NCBI GenBank assembly: GCA_044870765.1
Contig: JBIOZG010000026.1
Coordinates: forward strand, 1-38,716
Reading direction: 5' to 3'
From: Nitrososphaeraceae archaeon
Lineage (GTDB): Archaea > Thermoproteota > Nitrososphaeria > Nitrososphaerales > Nitrososphaeraceae
DNA length: 38,716 nucleotides
Shown: in pieces, positions 1-9,675 of the stretch
Numbering within the stretch: position 1 is the first letter of the stretch
Layout of the letters: every line of letters starts with the position of its first letter
Translations under genes and position numbers: made by a program
The notes under the pieces: model-generated
The model's database searches: none
Seen by the model: the letters and a program-made list of their open reading frames with translations, nothing else
Told to the model about the DNA's origin: nothing

Positions 1-1396
1 CTCATCAGGCTTATCAGCAACATTAGCACATGCAGACCAGTTCTGGACACAAGATAGTACGAATATAGATAATCAAGCTGAAACTGGCGATATGTTCGGA
101 CGCTCTTTAGTTATAGGTGACTTCAACGCTGATGGATTTGATGACTTGGTTGTGGGAGTACCTGTTGAAGATTTAGGTTCTAGTATTAACGCTGGTGCAG
201 TACATGTAATATACGGCTCCTCATCAGGCTTATCAGCAACATCGGCTCATGCAGACCAATTCTGGACACAAGACAGTACGGATATAGATGATATTGCTGA
301 ACCTGACGATCAATTTGGCTCTTCACTCACGACAGGCGATTTCAATGCTGATGGCAAAGATGACTTGGCTATAGGGGTACCAGGTGAAATTCTTGGTACT
401 ATTATTAGCGCTGGTGCTGTTGAGGTAATATACGGTTCTTCCACTGGCTTGTCGGCTACATCGGCTCATGCAGACCAATTCTGGACCCAGGATAGTACTA
501 ATATAGATGATATTGCTGAATTTAGCGATAAGTTTGGCTCTTCACTCACAGCAGGTGACTTCAATGCTGATGGTAAAGATGACTTGGTTATCGGGGCACC
601 ATTTGAAAATATAGGCTCTATATTAGATGCTGGCGGGGTAGAAGTAATATACGGCTCCTCATCAGGTTTATCGCCTACATTAGCACATGCAGACCAGTTC
701 TGGACCCAGGATAGTACGGACATAGGCGGCAGCGCCGAACCTACCGATCAGTTTGGAGGCTCTTTAGCTACAGGCGATTTTAATGCTGATGGCAAAGATG
801 ACTTGGCTATCGGGTTACCAGGTGAGGATATTGGTATTATTACTGACGTGGGTGGTGTTCAGATAATATACGGTTCTTCGACTGGCCTGTCGGCTACATC
901 GGCACATGCAAACCAGTTCTGGATCCAGGATAGTCCGGATATATTTGATAGCGCAGAACCTGGCGACCTCTTTGGCTCTTCACTCACAACAGCTGATTTT
1001 AATGCTGATGGCAAAGATGATTTGGCTATAGGGGTATTTGGTGAAGATTTAGGTTCTGTTATTAACGTGGGTGGTGTTGAGGTAATATACGGTTCTTCAA
1101 ATGGCCTGTCGGCTACATTAGCGCATGCGGACCAGTTCTGGACCCAGGAAAATGTGGATATAGATGATAGCGCTGAAGCTAGCGATCAGTTTGGCCAATT
1201 TTTAGCTACAGGCGATTTTAATGCTGATGGCAAAGCTGATTTGGCTATTGGGATACTAGGTGAAGATCTTGGTTCTATTTCTAGTGCGGGTGCTGTTGAG
1301 GTAATATATGGCTCCTCATCAGGCTTATCAGCAACATTAGCACATGCAGACCAGTTCTGGACACAAGATAGTACGAATATAGATAATCAAGCTGAA
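1..1396 (+). repeat. Intragenic 219-bp tandem repeats of the FG-GAP gene
   Basis: 1-82 is identical to 1315-1396 (offset 1314 = 6 x 219). gaccagttctggac and aatgctgatggcaaagatga variants recur at that period. Confidence 0.9.
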
Positions 1397-1429
1397 CAGA
1401 GCGATTTCTTTGGCTTTGGACTGGCTTAA
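1..1429 (+). CDS. FG-GAP / integrin alpha beta-propeller repeat protein (5' truncated by window)
   Basis: Frame is open from base 2 (SSGLSATLAHADQFWTQD...). Six 73-aa repeats with FG..L..(G/A)DFNADGxxDLxxG(xP) and GxVxxIYGS motifs, including Ca-binding DxNxDG loops. Confidence 0.9.
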   Translation, partial: SSGLSATLAHADQFWTQDSTNIDNQAETGDMFGRSLVIGDFNADGFDDLVVGVPVEDLGSSINAGAVHVIYGSSSGLSATSAHADQFWTQDSTDIDDIAEPDDQFGSSLTTGDFNADGKDDLAIGVPGEILGTIISAGAVEVIYGSSTGLSATSAHADQFWTQDSTNIDDIAEFSDKFGSSLTAGDFNADGKDDLVIGAPFENIGSILDAGGVEVIYGSSSGLSPTLAHADQFWTQDSTDIGGSAEPTDQFGGSLATGDFNADGKDDLAIGLPGEDIGIITDVGGVQIIYGSSTGLSATSAHANQFWIQDSPDIFDSAEPGDLFGSSLTTADFNADGKDDLAIGVFGEDLGSVINVGGVEVIYGSSNGLSATLAHADQFWTQENVDIDDSAEASDQFGQFLATGDFNADGKADLAIGILGEDLGSISSAGAVEVIYGSSSGLSATLAHADQFWTQDSTNIDNQAEQSDFFGFGLA

Positions 1430-1708
1430 GAAATTACTTATTTTATTTTTAATTGCCAACTGATGCAGACCTCTTCCCGTGAATTTTATTTTCAATTTTG
1501 AAATATTAGTGGCATAAACCAAACTGGTGGGAGGAAGGAAGGACAATTGATAAATTGAGATAATAGCCCACAAGTCACTATGCAGTCTTGTATATCTATG
1601 AACGACAAAATATTAAATACCAAATTGACAGAACCCGAATACATGACTTGTCCGAAGGCCATCGAATCTATTTTGTTCTGTTATTTAGTAGCAATCAATA
1701 TGTCTAGT

Positions 1709-2035
1709 TTAATTAATTTTTGTTCGAACAATTGCTAGGAAGAATACAGCCAAAATTGTGAGCGTTAGAGAGGAAATTACTACATCAGTTATCGGAATAT
1801 CCAGCTCAACAAAAATATCGTCTAAATAATCTATAAATTGCTGTAAAGCAAAAAGAGCAAATATAATTATGGCATATATTGTTATCCTAAGATGAGTTTT
1901 TCTATAGGCAGTAACGGAAAGAGCTAATAATAAGAGGGAAATTACTGTAATACCTAGAGCTATTGCCTTTTCTAATCCTTCAAATGAGTCGATTTGAGAA
2001 ATAAATGAGAAGAGAACGGTCAACAATGTTAGCAT
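1709..2035 (-). CDS. Small 3-TM membrane protein (AY[RK][KR]T motif)
   Basis: Three hydrophobic segments plus a hydrophobic N-terminus. SVTAYRKT loop. Lies 11 nt downstream of the co-oriented wHTH gene. Confidence 0.75.
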   Translation of the reverse strand: MLTLLTVLFSFISQIDSFEGLEKAIALGITVISLLLLALSVTAYRKTHLRITIYAIIIFALFALQQFIDYLDDIFVELDIPITDVVISSLTLTILAVFFLAIVRTKIN

Positions 2036-2046
2036 AAGATCATCAC

Positions 2047-2583
2047 TTATTTCAACTCCCTGCTACTAGATAATGATAGAAACATTTCTACAACTCTCAT
2101 ACTCCACTTGTCCCAAACGTTAGGATAGTAACTCCTAAGAAGTGTTAAGATATCCTTGGCATCATCCTGTAACTGATATCTCTTGTATTTTCCATCTTTG
2201 ATCTCTCTGATCATTTTGAGAGCAAGGAGCCTACCAACATGCCAGCTGATAGATCTAGCGGATATCCTTACACTATTGACAATATCTGTTTGAGTTGGAC
2301 TTTTTTGTTCTATTATAAACATAAGAATTTTTCGTGCAGTTTCGTGAGTCAAAACCTCAAGTATTTCTTTTTCATTCTCTCTGAAAAGACCAGAAGGAAA
2401 GTAATATTTATACAATCCACGCCTAGTAGATGTTACCCTTCCCATTTTTTCCAATTTGTGTAAATGATATTGAACTGTTCCCATTGAAATACCTATTTCC
2501 CTTTTAATTCGACGTAAGTGGCATCCTGGATTATCCTGTATGAAAAATAACACTTTGTCAACAGTGTCATCCGATTCATCCAT
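2047..2583 (-). CDS. Double winged helix-turn-helix transcription regulator
   Basis: FIQDNPGCHLRRIKREIGISMGTVQYHLHKLEKMG, then a second HTH TQTDIVNSVRISARSISWHVGRL. Typical archaeal tandem wHTH. Confidence 0.85.
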   Translation of the reverse strand: MDESDDTVDKVLFFIQDNPGCHLRRIKREIGISMGTVQYHLHKLEKMGRVTSTRRGLYKYYFPSGLFRENEKEILEVLTHETARKILMFIIEQKSPTQTDIVNSVRISARSISWHVGRLLALKMIREIKDGKYKRYQLQDDAKDILTLLRSYYPNVWDKWSMRVVEMFLSLSSSRELK

Positions 2584-2745
2584 TTAAATAAAGCCACCCA
2601 AAAAGAGTAACGAGCAGTAACGTAGTGAATATCCATGTGATAAATTTTTTTGGAAAGATACAATTAGTTGTTTTCAAATCAATCCCTTTATTTATAATGT
2701 ATTGGTACAAGTGTGTAAGTGATTAATAGCCTCTCCTCTCATAAA

Positions 2746-2758
2746 CGGTAACTTACCG
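2746..2758. promoter_or_regulatory. Candidate operator, 6-1-6 inverted repeat
   Basis: cggtaa-c-ttaccg in the divergent promoter region between the wHTH and secreted protein genes. Confidence 0.35.
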
Positions 2759-2807
2759 ATATATTTGTATCAAATTTCTTAATAATGATGCAATTTACCT
2801 TCATCCA

Positions 2808-3605
2808 ATGAAAAATAAGTTAATTTTGACTTTTGTGGCGGTTATCACAGTGATTGTCAGTGTTTTGATTGTAGCTAGTCTGGGTTCATACAGTCAACAA
2901 CAAACAAGTATTGGTGTTAATTATGTAGTTGCCACATCAAAAGTGCAAGCACAAACTCCTGCATTTGACACATCCAATTTTAGTAATCCTTTAGAAATTA
3001 GTAACAAATATTTTCCTTTAAAACCAGGGACCACAATGATTTATGAAGGTAAAACCGAGGATGCACCAACACGTGATGTGTTTGTAGTTACCAACGATAC
3101 AAAGGAAATCATGGGTATAGCCACGCGCGTAGTCCATGATGACGCGTACGTAAATGAAGAGCATGAAGAAACGACAAATGATTGGTTCGCACAAGATGAC
3201 CAAGGAAATGTCTGGTATATGGGTGAATATACTACCGATCTTAGTAACAAGGGAAGCCACGAAGGGTCCTGGGAAGCGAGTGTGAAAGGCGCCAAGGCTG
3301 GAATAATCATGGAGGCGGATCCTAAGGTTGACGATACCTATAGCCAAGAATTCTTAAAAGGAGTTGCTGAAGATAAAGGCACAATCCTTAGTCTAGACGA
3401 AAAGACTATAGTTCCATATGGCACTTTCTCAAACGTAATAAAAACCAAGGACTTTTCACCACTTGAACCTGACATTGTTGAAAACAAATACTATGCACCG
3501 AATATAGGAGAGATAAAGGCTCTTAGCGTAAAAGGCGAATCAGAAGTAGAATCCCTAGTACAAATCAATGGTACCGGCAACAGTAACTCATCAGATACAA
3601 ACTAA
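2808..3605 (+). CDS. Secreted/membrane-anchored conserved hypothetical protein
   Basis: N-terminal signal/TM. Beta-rich domain with NKYFPLKPGT, DWFAQDDQGNVWYMGE, GSWEA and ENKYYAPNIG motifs. Confidence 0.8.
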   Translation: MKNKLILTFVAVITVIVSVLIVASLGSYSQQQTSIGVNYVVATSKVQAQTPAFDTSNFSNPLEISNKYFPLKPGTTMIYEGKTEDAPTRDVFVVTNDTKEIMGIATRVVHDDAYVNEEHEETTNDWFAQDDQGNVWYMGEYTTDLSNKGSHEGSWEASVKGAKAGIIMEADPKVDDTYSQEFLKGVAEDKGTILSLDEKTIVPYGTFSNVIKTKDFSPLEPDIVENKYYAPNIGEIKALSVKGESEVESLVQINGTGNSNSSDTN

Positions 3606-3817
3606 ACATTTCTCTTGACAGGATATCCGCACTACTATTTTTAGTAGGTTCAAAAATTAGTGCTAACATTATCAGTTCCATCGCATTCGGACTTAAACTG
3701 ATATATTCAGAGTGGAATCCCAAAATTTTGCAGGTATTAAGTATACATGCAGTGTCCGAATCCCAGTGCATTTGCAACGAGCCAGAAGCTGTAACTAGAT
3801 TAGATGAATTAAATCCT

Positions 3818-4228
3818 TTATTGGTAACTTGCTTGCAAGCTGTAATGATCTATTTGAGAAATAGGAATACTTGTAGACGTAAGTATTAATACAAACGGAG
3901 CCTTTTCTCCCGAGCGTATGTCAGAAGGATTTGCATATGTAAATTGTGTTCCGACAACTTGATTGTTGATGTCATAAAAAGTTCCTACGATTCTTACAAA
4001 AGTTGCAGTAGATGGGTAATTGTTTTTTATTTCCCCTACTACATGCAAATAACCTATAGAATCTGTAAATGAGTTATGGCTCAATATTTGAAGTCCGTTG
4101 AGATTATTCTCTATGGATTCTTCTGTCAGATTTGTGTTTACCTGTCCATATGTGATGTTTATCTGACTTGAGAAAATAAGCGTTAAAGAAATGATACTTA
4201 TTGGGAATATTACATAATAAACGCTCAT
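3818..4228 (-). CDS. Secreted FxLYD-like Ig-fold domain protein
   Basis: Signal peptide. GYLHVVGEIKNN...VRIVGTFYDINNQVVG...GEKAPF pattern of FxLYD domains. Confidence 0.75.
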   Translation of the reverse strand: MSVYYVIFPISIISLTLIFSSQINITYGQVNTNLTEESIENNLNGLQILSHNSFTDSIGYLHVVGEIKNNYPSTATFVRIVGTFYDINNQVVGTQFTYANPSDIRSGEKAPFVLILTSTSIPISQIDHYSLQASYQ

Positions 4229-4516
4229 AATCTGTCATACGGAGTAGTTCATTTAAGGTTTCTCAAGTATTAATTTATTTTAGTCAGAAATTACCAAACG
4301 TGGATTTTTATCCATCAACCACAGTAACACATCATATGGTTCCCACCGAATCCGAACCTCTAATAGTTCTCTAAGCGTATTCTGTAGATATGAATACAAT
4401 AATTGTACAATTAGAAAGATCAATAAGGAATGCACGCTAGTCCTTATGTAGATATGCTATACTGACAGTCAACAAAATACTAAATACATGTGGGTATATA
4501 ATAAATCGCTTTTAAG

Positions 4517-5869
4517 TTGCGTGGGAAAAAGAAACATAATTCAAATCCAGACTCAAACTTATCCCCATTCAATAAAATACGATTAAGGTCTCTATCACAA
4601 GTTCTAAGAGCATTGGGTCCCGGTGTAATAACCGGGGCAGCAGATGATGATCCATCAGGTATAGCTACCTACACTCAAGCCGGTGCGAAATTTGGTCTTG
4701 GAATGTTGTGGATGACTCTGTTCCTATTGCCCACTATGATTGCTATTCAGGAGATGTGTGCAAGAATCGGTCTTCTAAGCGGAAATGGTTTGGCCGCTTT
4801 GATAAAGAAAAAATACTCTGCTAAAATTCTATATCCAATATCAAGTCTTCTTATAATTGCCAACACAATTAATATCGGAGCCGACTTGGGAGCTATGTCA
4901 GCTTCAATTAAAATCATATTCCCAGATTTTCCCTTTGTGGTAACATCCGTACTGTTTTCAGCTTTTATAATAATTGCAGAAATTTTCATTCCATATGACA
5001 GATATGTCAAAGTACTAAAGTACTTAGTACTTTCCCTTTTCGCCTATGTTATAACCGCAGTAATTGTAGGGGGGAATATAAGCCAAATATTTTCTACGAT
5101 AGTTCCTTCAATAACTTTTAGCTCCGAATATGTCGTTATGTTTGTAGCGGTCATCGGGACAACAATATCACCTTACCTTCTTTTCTGGCAAACATCTGAA
5201 GAAGCAGAAGAAGATGTAACAAAACATAGGATAAAAGAGATTGGAAAAGGCAAACCCAAGGTATCTCCAAAAGAAATAATGTTAATGAAAGAGGATATCG
5301 GTATAGGCATGTTTTTTTCTCAGTTCATTATGTGGAGTATAATAATAACCAGTGCGGGCAGTCTATATTTTGCCGGCATAACTGATATTCAAACAGCTGA
5401 CCAAGCAGCAAGCGCTTTAGAGCCGTTAGTTACGAGTTTCCCTAATTCAGGCCAGATAGCAAAACTGATTTTCGCATTTGGTATCATTGGGACAGGATTA
5501 CTTGCAATACCCGTTCTGTCTGCATCATCCGCATTCGCATTATCAGATACCTTTGGTTGGAAAGAGGGACTAGAAAAAAAATTCAGTCAAGCTAAATCAT
5601 TTTACGCAGTAATAGCAGCATCCACTTTGATTGGAGTTTGGATCACGTTTTCACATATTGACCCAATACAAGCATTAATACTCGCTGCAGTAATTAATGC
5701 AGTCGCCACAGTTCCCATTCTTTTTATAGTTATGAGACTTGCCAATGATAAACAAATACTTGAGGACAAAATCAATACTCGTTTTTCAAACATAATTGGA
5801 TGGTTTACTTTTGCAATTGTGACAATTTCGGTAATTGTTATGTTTCTTTCATTTTTCATTTGGTCATAG
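4517..5869 (+). CDS. NRAMP family divalent metal transporter
   Basis: LGPGVITGAADDDPSGIATY and GTTISPYL motifs, about 11 TMs. NRAMP-related (DDDPSG) subfamily. Confidence 0.9.
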   Translation: MRGKKKHNSNPDSNLSPFNKIRLRSLSQVLRALGPGVITGAADDDPSGIATYTQAGAKFGLGMLWMTLFLLPTMIAIQEMCARIGLLSGNGLAALIKKKYSAKILYPISSLLIIANTINIGADLGAMSASIKIIFPDFPFVVTSVLFSAFIIIAEIFIPYDRYVKVLKYLVLSLFAYVITAVIVGGNISQIFSTIVPSITFSSEYVVMFVAVIGTTISPYLLFWQTSEEAEEDVTKHRIKEIGKGKPKVSPKEIMLMKEDIGIGMFFSQFIMWSIIITSAGSLYFAGITDIQTADQAASALEPLVTSFPNSGQIAKLIFAFGIIGTGLLAIPVLSASSAFALSDTFGWKEGLEKKFSQAKSFYAVIAASTLIGVWITFSHIDPIQALILAAVINAVATVPILFIVMRLANDKQILEDKINTRFSNIIGWFTFAIVTISVIVMFLSFFIWS

Positions 5870-6173
5870 GTTTAAGTATTATTTTAAAAAAAATCATTTG
5901 GCAACTAGTACAGTGCAAAGCGCGTACGCTAAACCATTCACTGCCACAAGTACCTGCTAACAGTCAATCAACGTCGGTCAAAATTATTATTATATAGGTA
6001 TTTTTGCAATGGAAGCCTTTTTGATTTTGTAATCAAGAATGTTTTACAAATGTAGAGCCCTGGTTTTCATCTCTAAATCTTTCACTTTAATCTAATTTTT
6101 CTTTAAATTATTTATGAAAATAATTTGGTTGCAAAAAGAAATAAAGTTCATTGTACTACTAATTCAGAGATAC

Positions 6174-6596
6174 ATGTACAAAGACCTCAAAATAGCTAGA
6201 ATACTGGTTGCTGTGGATGGATCAGAAAATTCAAAGAGAGCCGGAAGTTATGCCATTAAACTGGGTCTAGAGCTTCGTGCAGATGTCGTGGCACTCCATG
6301 TTGTACCTGCTGGTAAACATTTTCCAGAAGAGAATCTTGAGAAGGGAACCAAACATGATTATGCCTATCTTGACAAGATTGCGGAACAGTCCATTTCTGC
6401 CGGGGTTGACCTTGAAATAGAGATAATTAGGGCGCAATCTCCAGTTGTTAATGAGATAGTAGAATATGCGGACAAAAAAAATATAGATCTTATCATTGTC
6501 GGCATCAGGAGTGTCTCAGAATTCCGTTTTATGCTTGGTAGCACTGCCACTGGAGTAGTAGTTAATGCTTCCCGTCCAGTGTTAGTTGTAAAATAA
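6174..6596 (+). CDS. Universal stress protein (UspA family)
   Basis: ILVAVDGSENS...IDLIIVG...LGSTA...PVLVVK. ATG 6174 preferred over the ORF start at 6114. Confidence 0.9.
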   Translation: MYKDLKIARILVAVDGSENSKRAGSYAIKLGLELRADVVALHVVPAGKHFPEENLEKGTKHDYAYLDKIAEQSISAGVDLEIEIIRAQSPVVNEIVEYADKKNIDLIIVGIRSVSEFRFMLGSTATGVVVNASRPVLVVK

Positions 6597-6727
6597 TTGA
6601 ATTTAACGAAATGTAGCACGCAACTTGCAGATTGGCAATTGACTTGATTGGCCTGCTTTGACTTTGTCTATACGTGAGTAAGTATTCGAGGGATGAGAAC
6701 ATCTGAAACAAGAATCCAATTCTAAAA

Positions 6728-8359
6728 CTAAAAAATCTCCTCTCTCAGACCTAATTTACCAACACCGAATAGTCTCTCATCCATTTGCCTTAATGGACTA
6801 GCTATAATAGGCTCAAATTCCATTTTTGCTAGTATATCCTTGTCAATATCAATCCCTGGTGAAATCTCTTCGAGTACTAATCCTCTTTCAGTCAATCTAA
6901 ACACTGCTCTTTCTGTAACATACACAATTTCTTTTTGGTATTTTACTGCCTGAGGCCCACTAAAGATAATCTTGTAAACCTCATCGACAAATTTAGGCAA
7001 GCCGTCTTGGACAATGGATAGCTTGTTATTATTTGCAATATCAATTTTTTTTGATCCTGCAGTAAATGCTCCAGCAAAGTAGGTCTTTGGCGCGCCACCA
7101 GCAATTACTGGAAATCCTCCTGGTCCGAAGATTCGATCAGGCAGTATCGATGGATTAACATTTCCCAGTTTATCAACCTGTAGGAAACCTAGTGATGCAA
7201 TGTCTATTATTCCTCCTTCAAAATTGGAGAACATATCAGGAATTGTGGAAAGAGCAAAAGGGCTTATTGCCTGACCAAAATTATTTCCAGATAGCGCGAT
7301 ACCTCCCCACAGACCAGATTCAATAACAGTTATAATGTAATCTGATAAATTCTCTTCGGCTGCCACTAACGAAACCAAAGCAGGTATTCCTATTCCTAAG
7401 TTTACTAAGACAGGCGAGCCCTTTTGTTTGAATAGATTAACAAGTTCTATGATTATTCTTCGGGCTATCACCTTTTCGTATTGAGCCACAGGTTTTGGAG
7501 TAAGATCGTCAACAAGCTTTTGTGTGATAGGTGGTACTGTTCGGTAGGAAATTCGAGGGTCATACTTTATAGAACCAGATTGCCAGTGATACTTTTGTGG
7601 GGAAATAATAACATGATCTACGAGTGGACCGGGAACGTCAACGTCTCGGGGATTAATTGTGAAAGACTTTGTTAACCATCTCACCTGAGCGTAAACGGTT
7701 CCTTGATTTGGTCTAGCTTTTGTAGCTTGAGCAATTCCGAGGACCGTTCCTCTAATACCCTCATCCTCCATTGATAAGTTACCATTTTCATCTGCAGTAG
7801 TTGCTCTGATGAGTGCGTAATCAGGCTTGGGAGCTTGATATAGAAGATATTCCTGGTCATCAATATTTATTACACTTATTTTACAAGACATTTTTTTTAT
7901 TCCCTTTGGGTTTAATGCTCCCCCCTCTTTTCGGGGATCAAGGAAGGTGTCAATACCTATTTTTGTTATTAGTCCAGGCCTTCCTGATGCTACTTCTCGA
8001 AACCAATAGGCGGTGATTCCAATTGGCCACCCATAAAATTCAATTCTGTCGCCAGTCACAAGTTTTTGAAGCCATGGTGAAAAGCCCAAGAAAGGCATCA
8101 ACATTCCCCTCAGAAATTTCTGGTTTGGATCTTTGTTTATCCTTTCAGCAATCGAGTCAAGTCCTCTTTTGGGAGTCGCAGGGAGTGCGTCTGAAACTAT
8201 GAATATATTTTTTGGATGTCCAGACTTAACGTAGCGTTTGTAAAGTTCTAAAATAAGATACTCTGGAGTAGTAGCCAAGTTGAATCCAGAAATTGCTATC
8301 ACACAATCATCTCTAATTTGTGAAAAAACAGAAATAGAATTACTCACCTTGCTAACCAT
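6728..8359 (-). CDS. Family I acyl-CoA:acetate/propionate CoA-transferase (fused, YdiF/Pct-like)
   Basis: GRPGLITKIGIDTFLDPR, ATTADENGNLS, VNLGIGIP, catalytic E-x-G-x-x-G (IESGLWGG), VYVTERAVF. Confidence 0.9.
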   Translation of the reverse strand: MVSKVSNSISVFSQIRDDCVIAISGFNLATTPEYLILELYKRYVKSGHPKNIFIVSDALPATPKRGLDSIAERINKDPNQKFLRGMLMPFLGFSPWLQKLVTGDRIEFYGWPIGITAYWFREVASGRPGLITKIGIDTFLDPRKEGGALNPKGIKKMSCKISVINIDDQEYLLYQAPKPDYALIRATTADENGNLSMEDEGIRGTVLGIAQATKARPNQGTVYAQVRWLTKSFTINPRDVDVPGPLVDHVIISPQKYHWQSGSIKYDPRISYRTVPPITQKLVDDLTPKPVAQYEKVIARRIIIELVNLFKQKGSPVLVNLGIGIPALVSLVAAEENLSDYIITVIESGLWGGIALSGNNFGQAISPFALSTIPDMFSNFEGGIIDIASLGFLQVDKLGNVNPSILPDRIFGPGGFPVIAGGAPKTYFAGAFTAGSKKIDIANNNKLSIVQDGLPKFVDEVYKIIFSGPQAVKYQKEIVYVTERAVFRLTERGLVLEEISPGIDIDKDILAKMEFEPIIASPLRQMDERLFGVGKLGLREEIF

Positions 8360-8595
8360 AATAACTCATGTTGGGTAAAGGCTATATGTTCTATTTACAA
8401 TTTGTCCAACAATTAATGCTTTATTCATGCGCATAACAATATACTAGTCTCTTGACATTCAAGAAATCGATAACACCGAGACCCATACCGAACTTATTCT
8501 TTCATACTATCCAGAATTTTGCATTGCACTGTACTCCAACTGTAGAAATAATATGTCTCTGAATATAACCTGATGACACAACGGATTATCTATGA

Positions 8596-8685
8596 TGGCA
8601 AGTTATAGTCCTAATGGTTTTGCCCGAGTATCCGCCAATGGCAGGCGGTGCTGGCCGATATACCGCAGCTTTTGTTGGATTATAA
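8596..8685 (+). pseudogene. Relic N-terminus of a GT4 (GT-B) glycosyltransferase
   Basis: Translates WQVIVLMVLPEYPPMAGGAGRYTAAFVGL*, which matches the xLMVxxEYPPxxGGxGRY start of GT4 enzymes. Bounded by stops. Confidence 0.65.
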
Positions 8686-8775
8686 TTCACACATAATCCT
8701 GAAATACGGGGTTGATTCGGATGTACTTTGTGGTTAGCAGAGAAGATATATTCCAGAGAAGAGGTAATCCTACTC

Positions 8776-9489
8776 ATGAATGAATACAAAACTATTAGCG
8801 TTACCTCCATAATGACCCCTGCACCACTAGAAACTGCTAGCCGGACGGATAATGTCGATACTATTATAAGGATTATGACAGTGAAAAATAAAAGCTCGGT
8901 AATTATCTTGAATGATCTTAAACATCCAGAAGGAATTATCACCGAGAGAGATATTGTAAGAAGGTTAGTATTTGAGTCTAAAGACGCGAAACTTACCCAA
9001 ACCGCAGAGATAATGTCTTCCCCTTTGATTTCGCTTAACGATGACGCCCATATTTACGATGCAGCAATGGTTATGAGTAAGAATTCAATCAGGCGACTCC
9101 CTATAATAAAAGATAATGTCTTATTGGGAATAGTAACTGCAACTGATTTAGCACGTATAGTGTATCAAGAAAATAGGAAAGACGGTTGTTTGCATGCAAT
9201 TGCCAGAGGTAGCTTACCAAGGAACAAGAAATTTTTTATATGGAATTTCATGGAAGAATTATGCCATAGGTATGAAGAAGCACGCAGTAAGGATCTTACA
9301 ACTGTGTTTAAGATACAAGATTTCAAGTCAACCGAACTGCCCATCTTCACACAAGATAAACCTCACATATTTCAGACTCTTAAAGAATATGAACAAGACA
9401 AGGGATTTATAAGAATTGAAGATGATACTGTTACTGTAACATCAAAAGGCTTGCTTAAGGCTAAAGAATCGCGACATGACTGGGACTGA
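8776..9489 (+). CDS. CBS-pair protein with C-terminal winged-helix-like extension
   Basis: GIITERDIV, IMSSPLIS, IRRLPI, GIVTATD. C-terminal ~85 aa ending GFIRIEDDTVTVTSKG. ATG 8776 preferred over TTG 8728. Confidence 0.85.
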   Translation: MNEYKTISVTSIMTPAPLETASRTDNVDTIIRIMTVKNKSSVIILNDLKHPEGIITERDIVRRLVFESKDAKLTQTAEIMSSPLISLNDDAHIYDAAMVMSKNSIRRLPIIKDNVLLGIVTATDLARIVYQENRKDGCLHAIARGSLPRNKKFFIWNFMEELCHRYEEARSKDLTTVFKIQDFKSTELPIFTQDKPHIFQTLKEYEQDKGFIRIEDDTVTVTSKGLLKAKESRHDWD

Positions 9490-9675
9490 ATTTCATATGA
9501 ATTATGACATTTGTGCCACCTTATTATCCAAACGAATTTGGTACATTCTTAGAGATCCCCATAATAAGTAACTAAGTATGTTATGTCCTTTATAACAGTA
9601 GAAAAAATTGAGTTATTGAATAATTGAAATAAAACATATTAGTTTCCTTACCATCTTCACTACAGGGAAATATGG

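Noticed and set aside
466-723. Antisense ORFs opposite real genes (e.g. 466-723, 3018-3347, 8586-8942, 11077-11406, 15985-16260, 27471-27776)
   Set aside because: Shadow frames of well-supported genes with no motifs of their own.
1-1429. Regularly spaced repeats as a CRISPR array or DGR template/variable pair
   Set aside because: The repeats are in-frame 219-bp coding units. Differences are not adenine-specific, and there is no cas or reverse transcriptase gene in the window.
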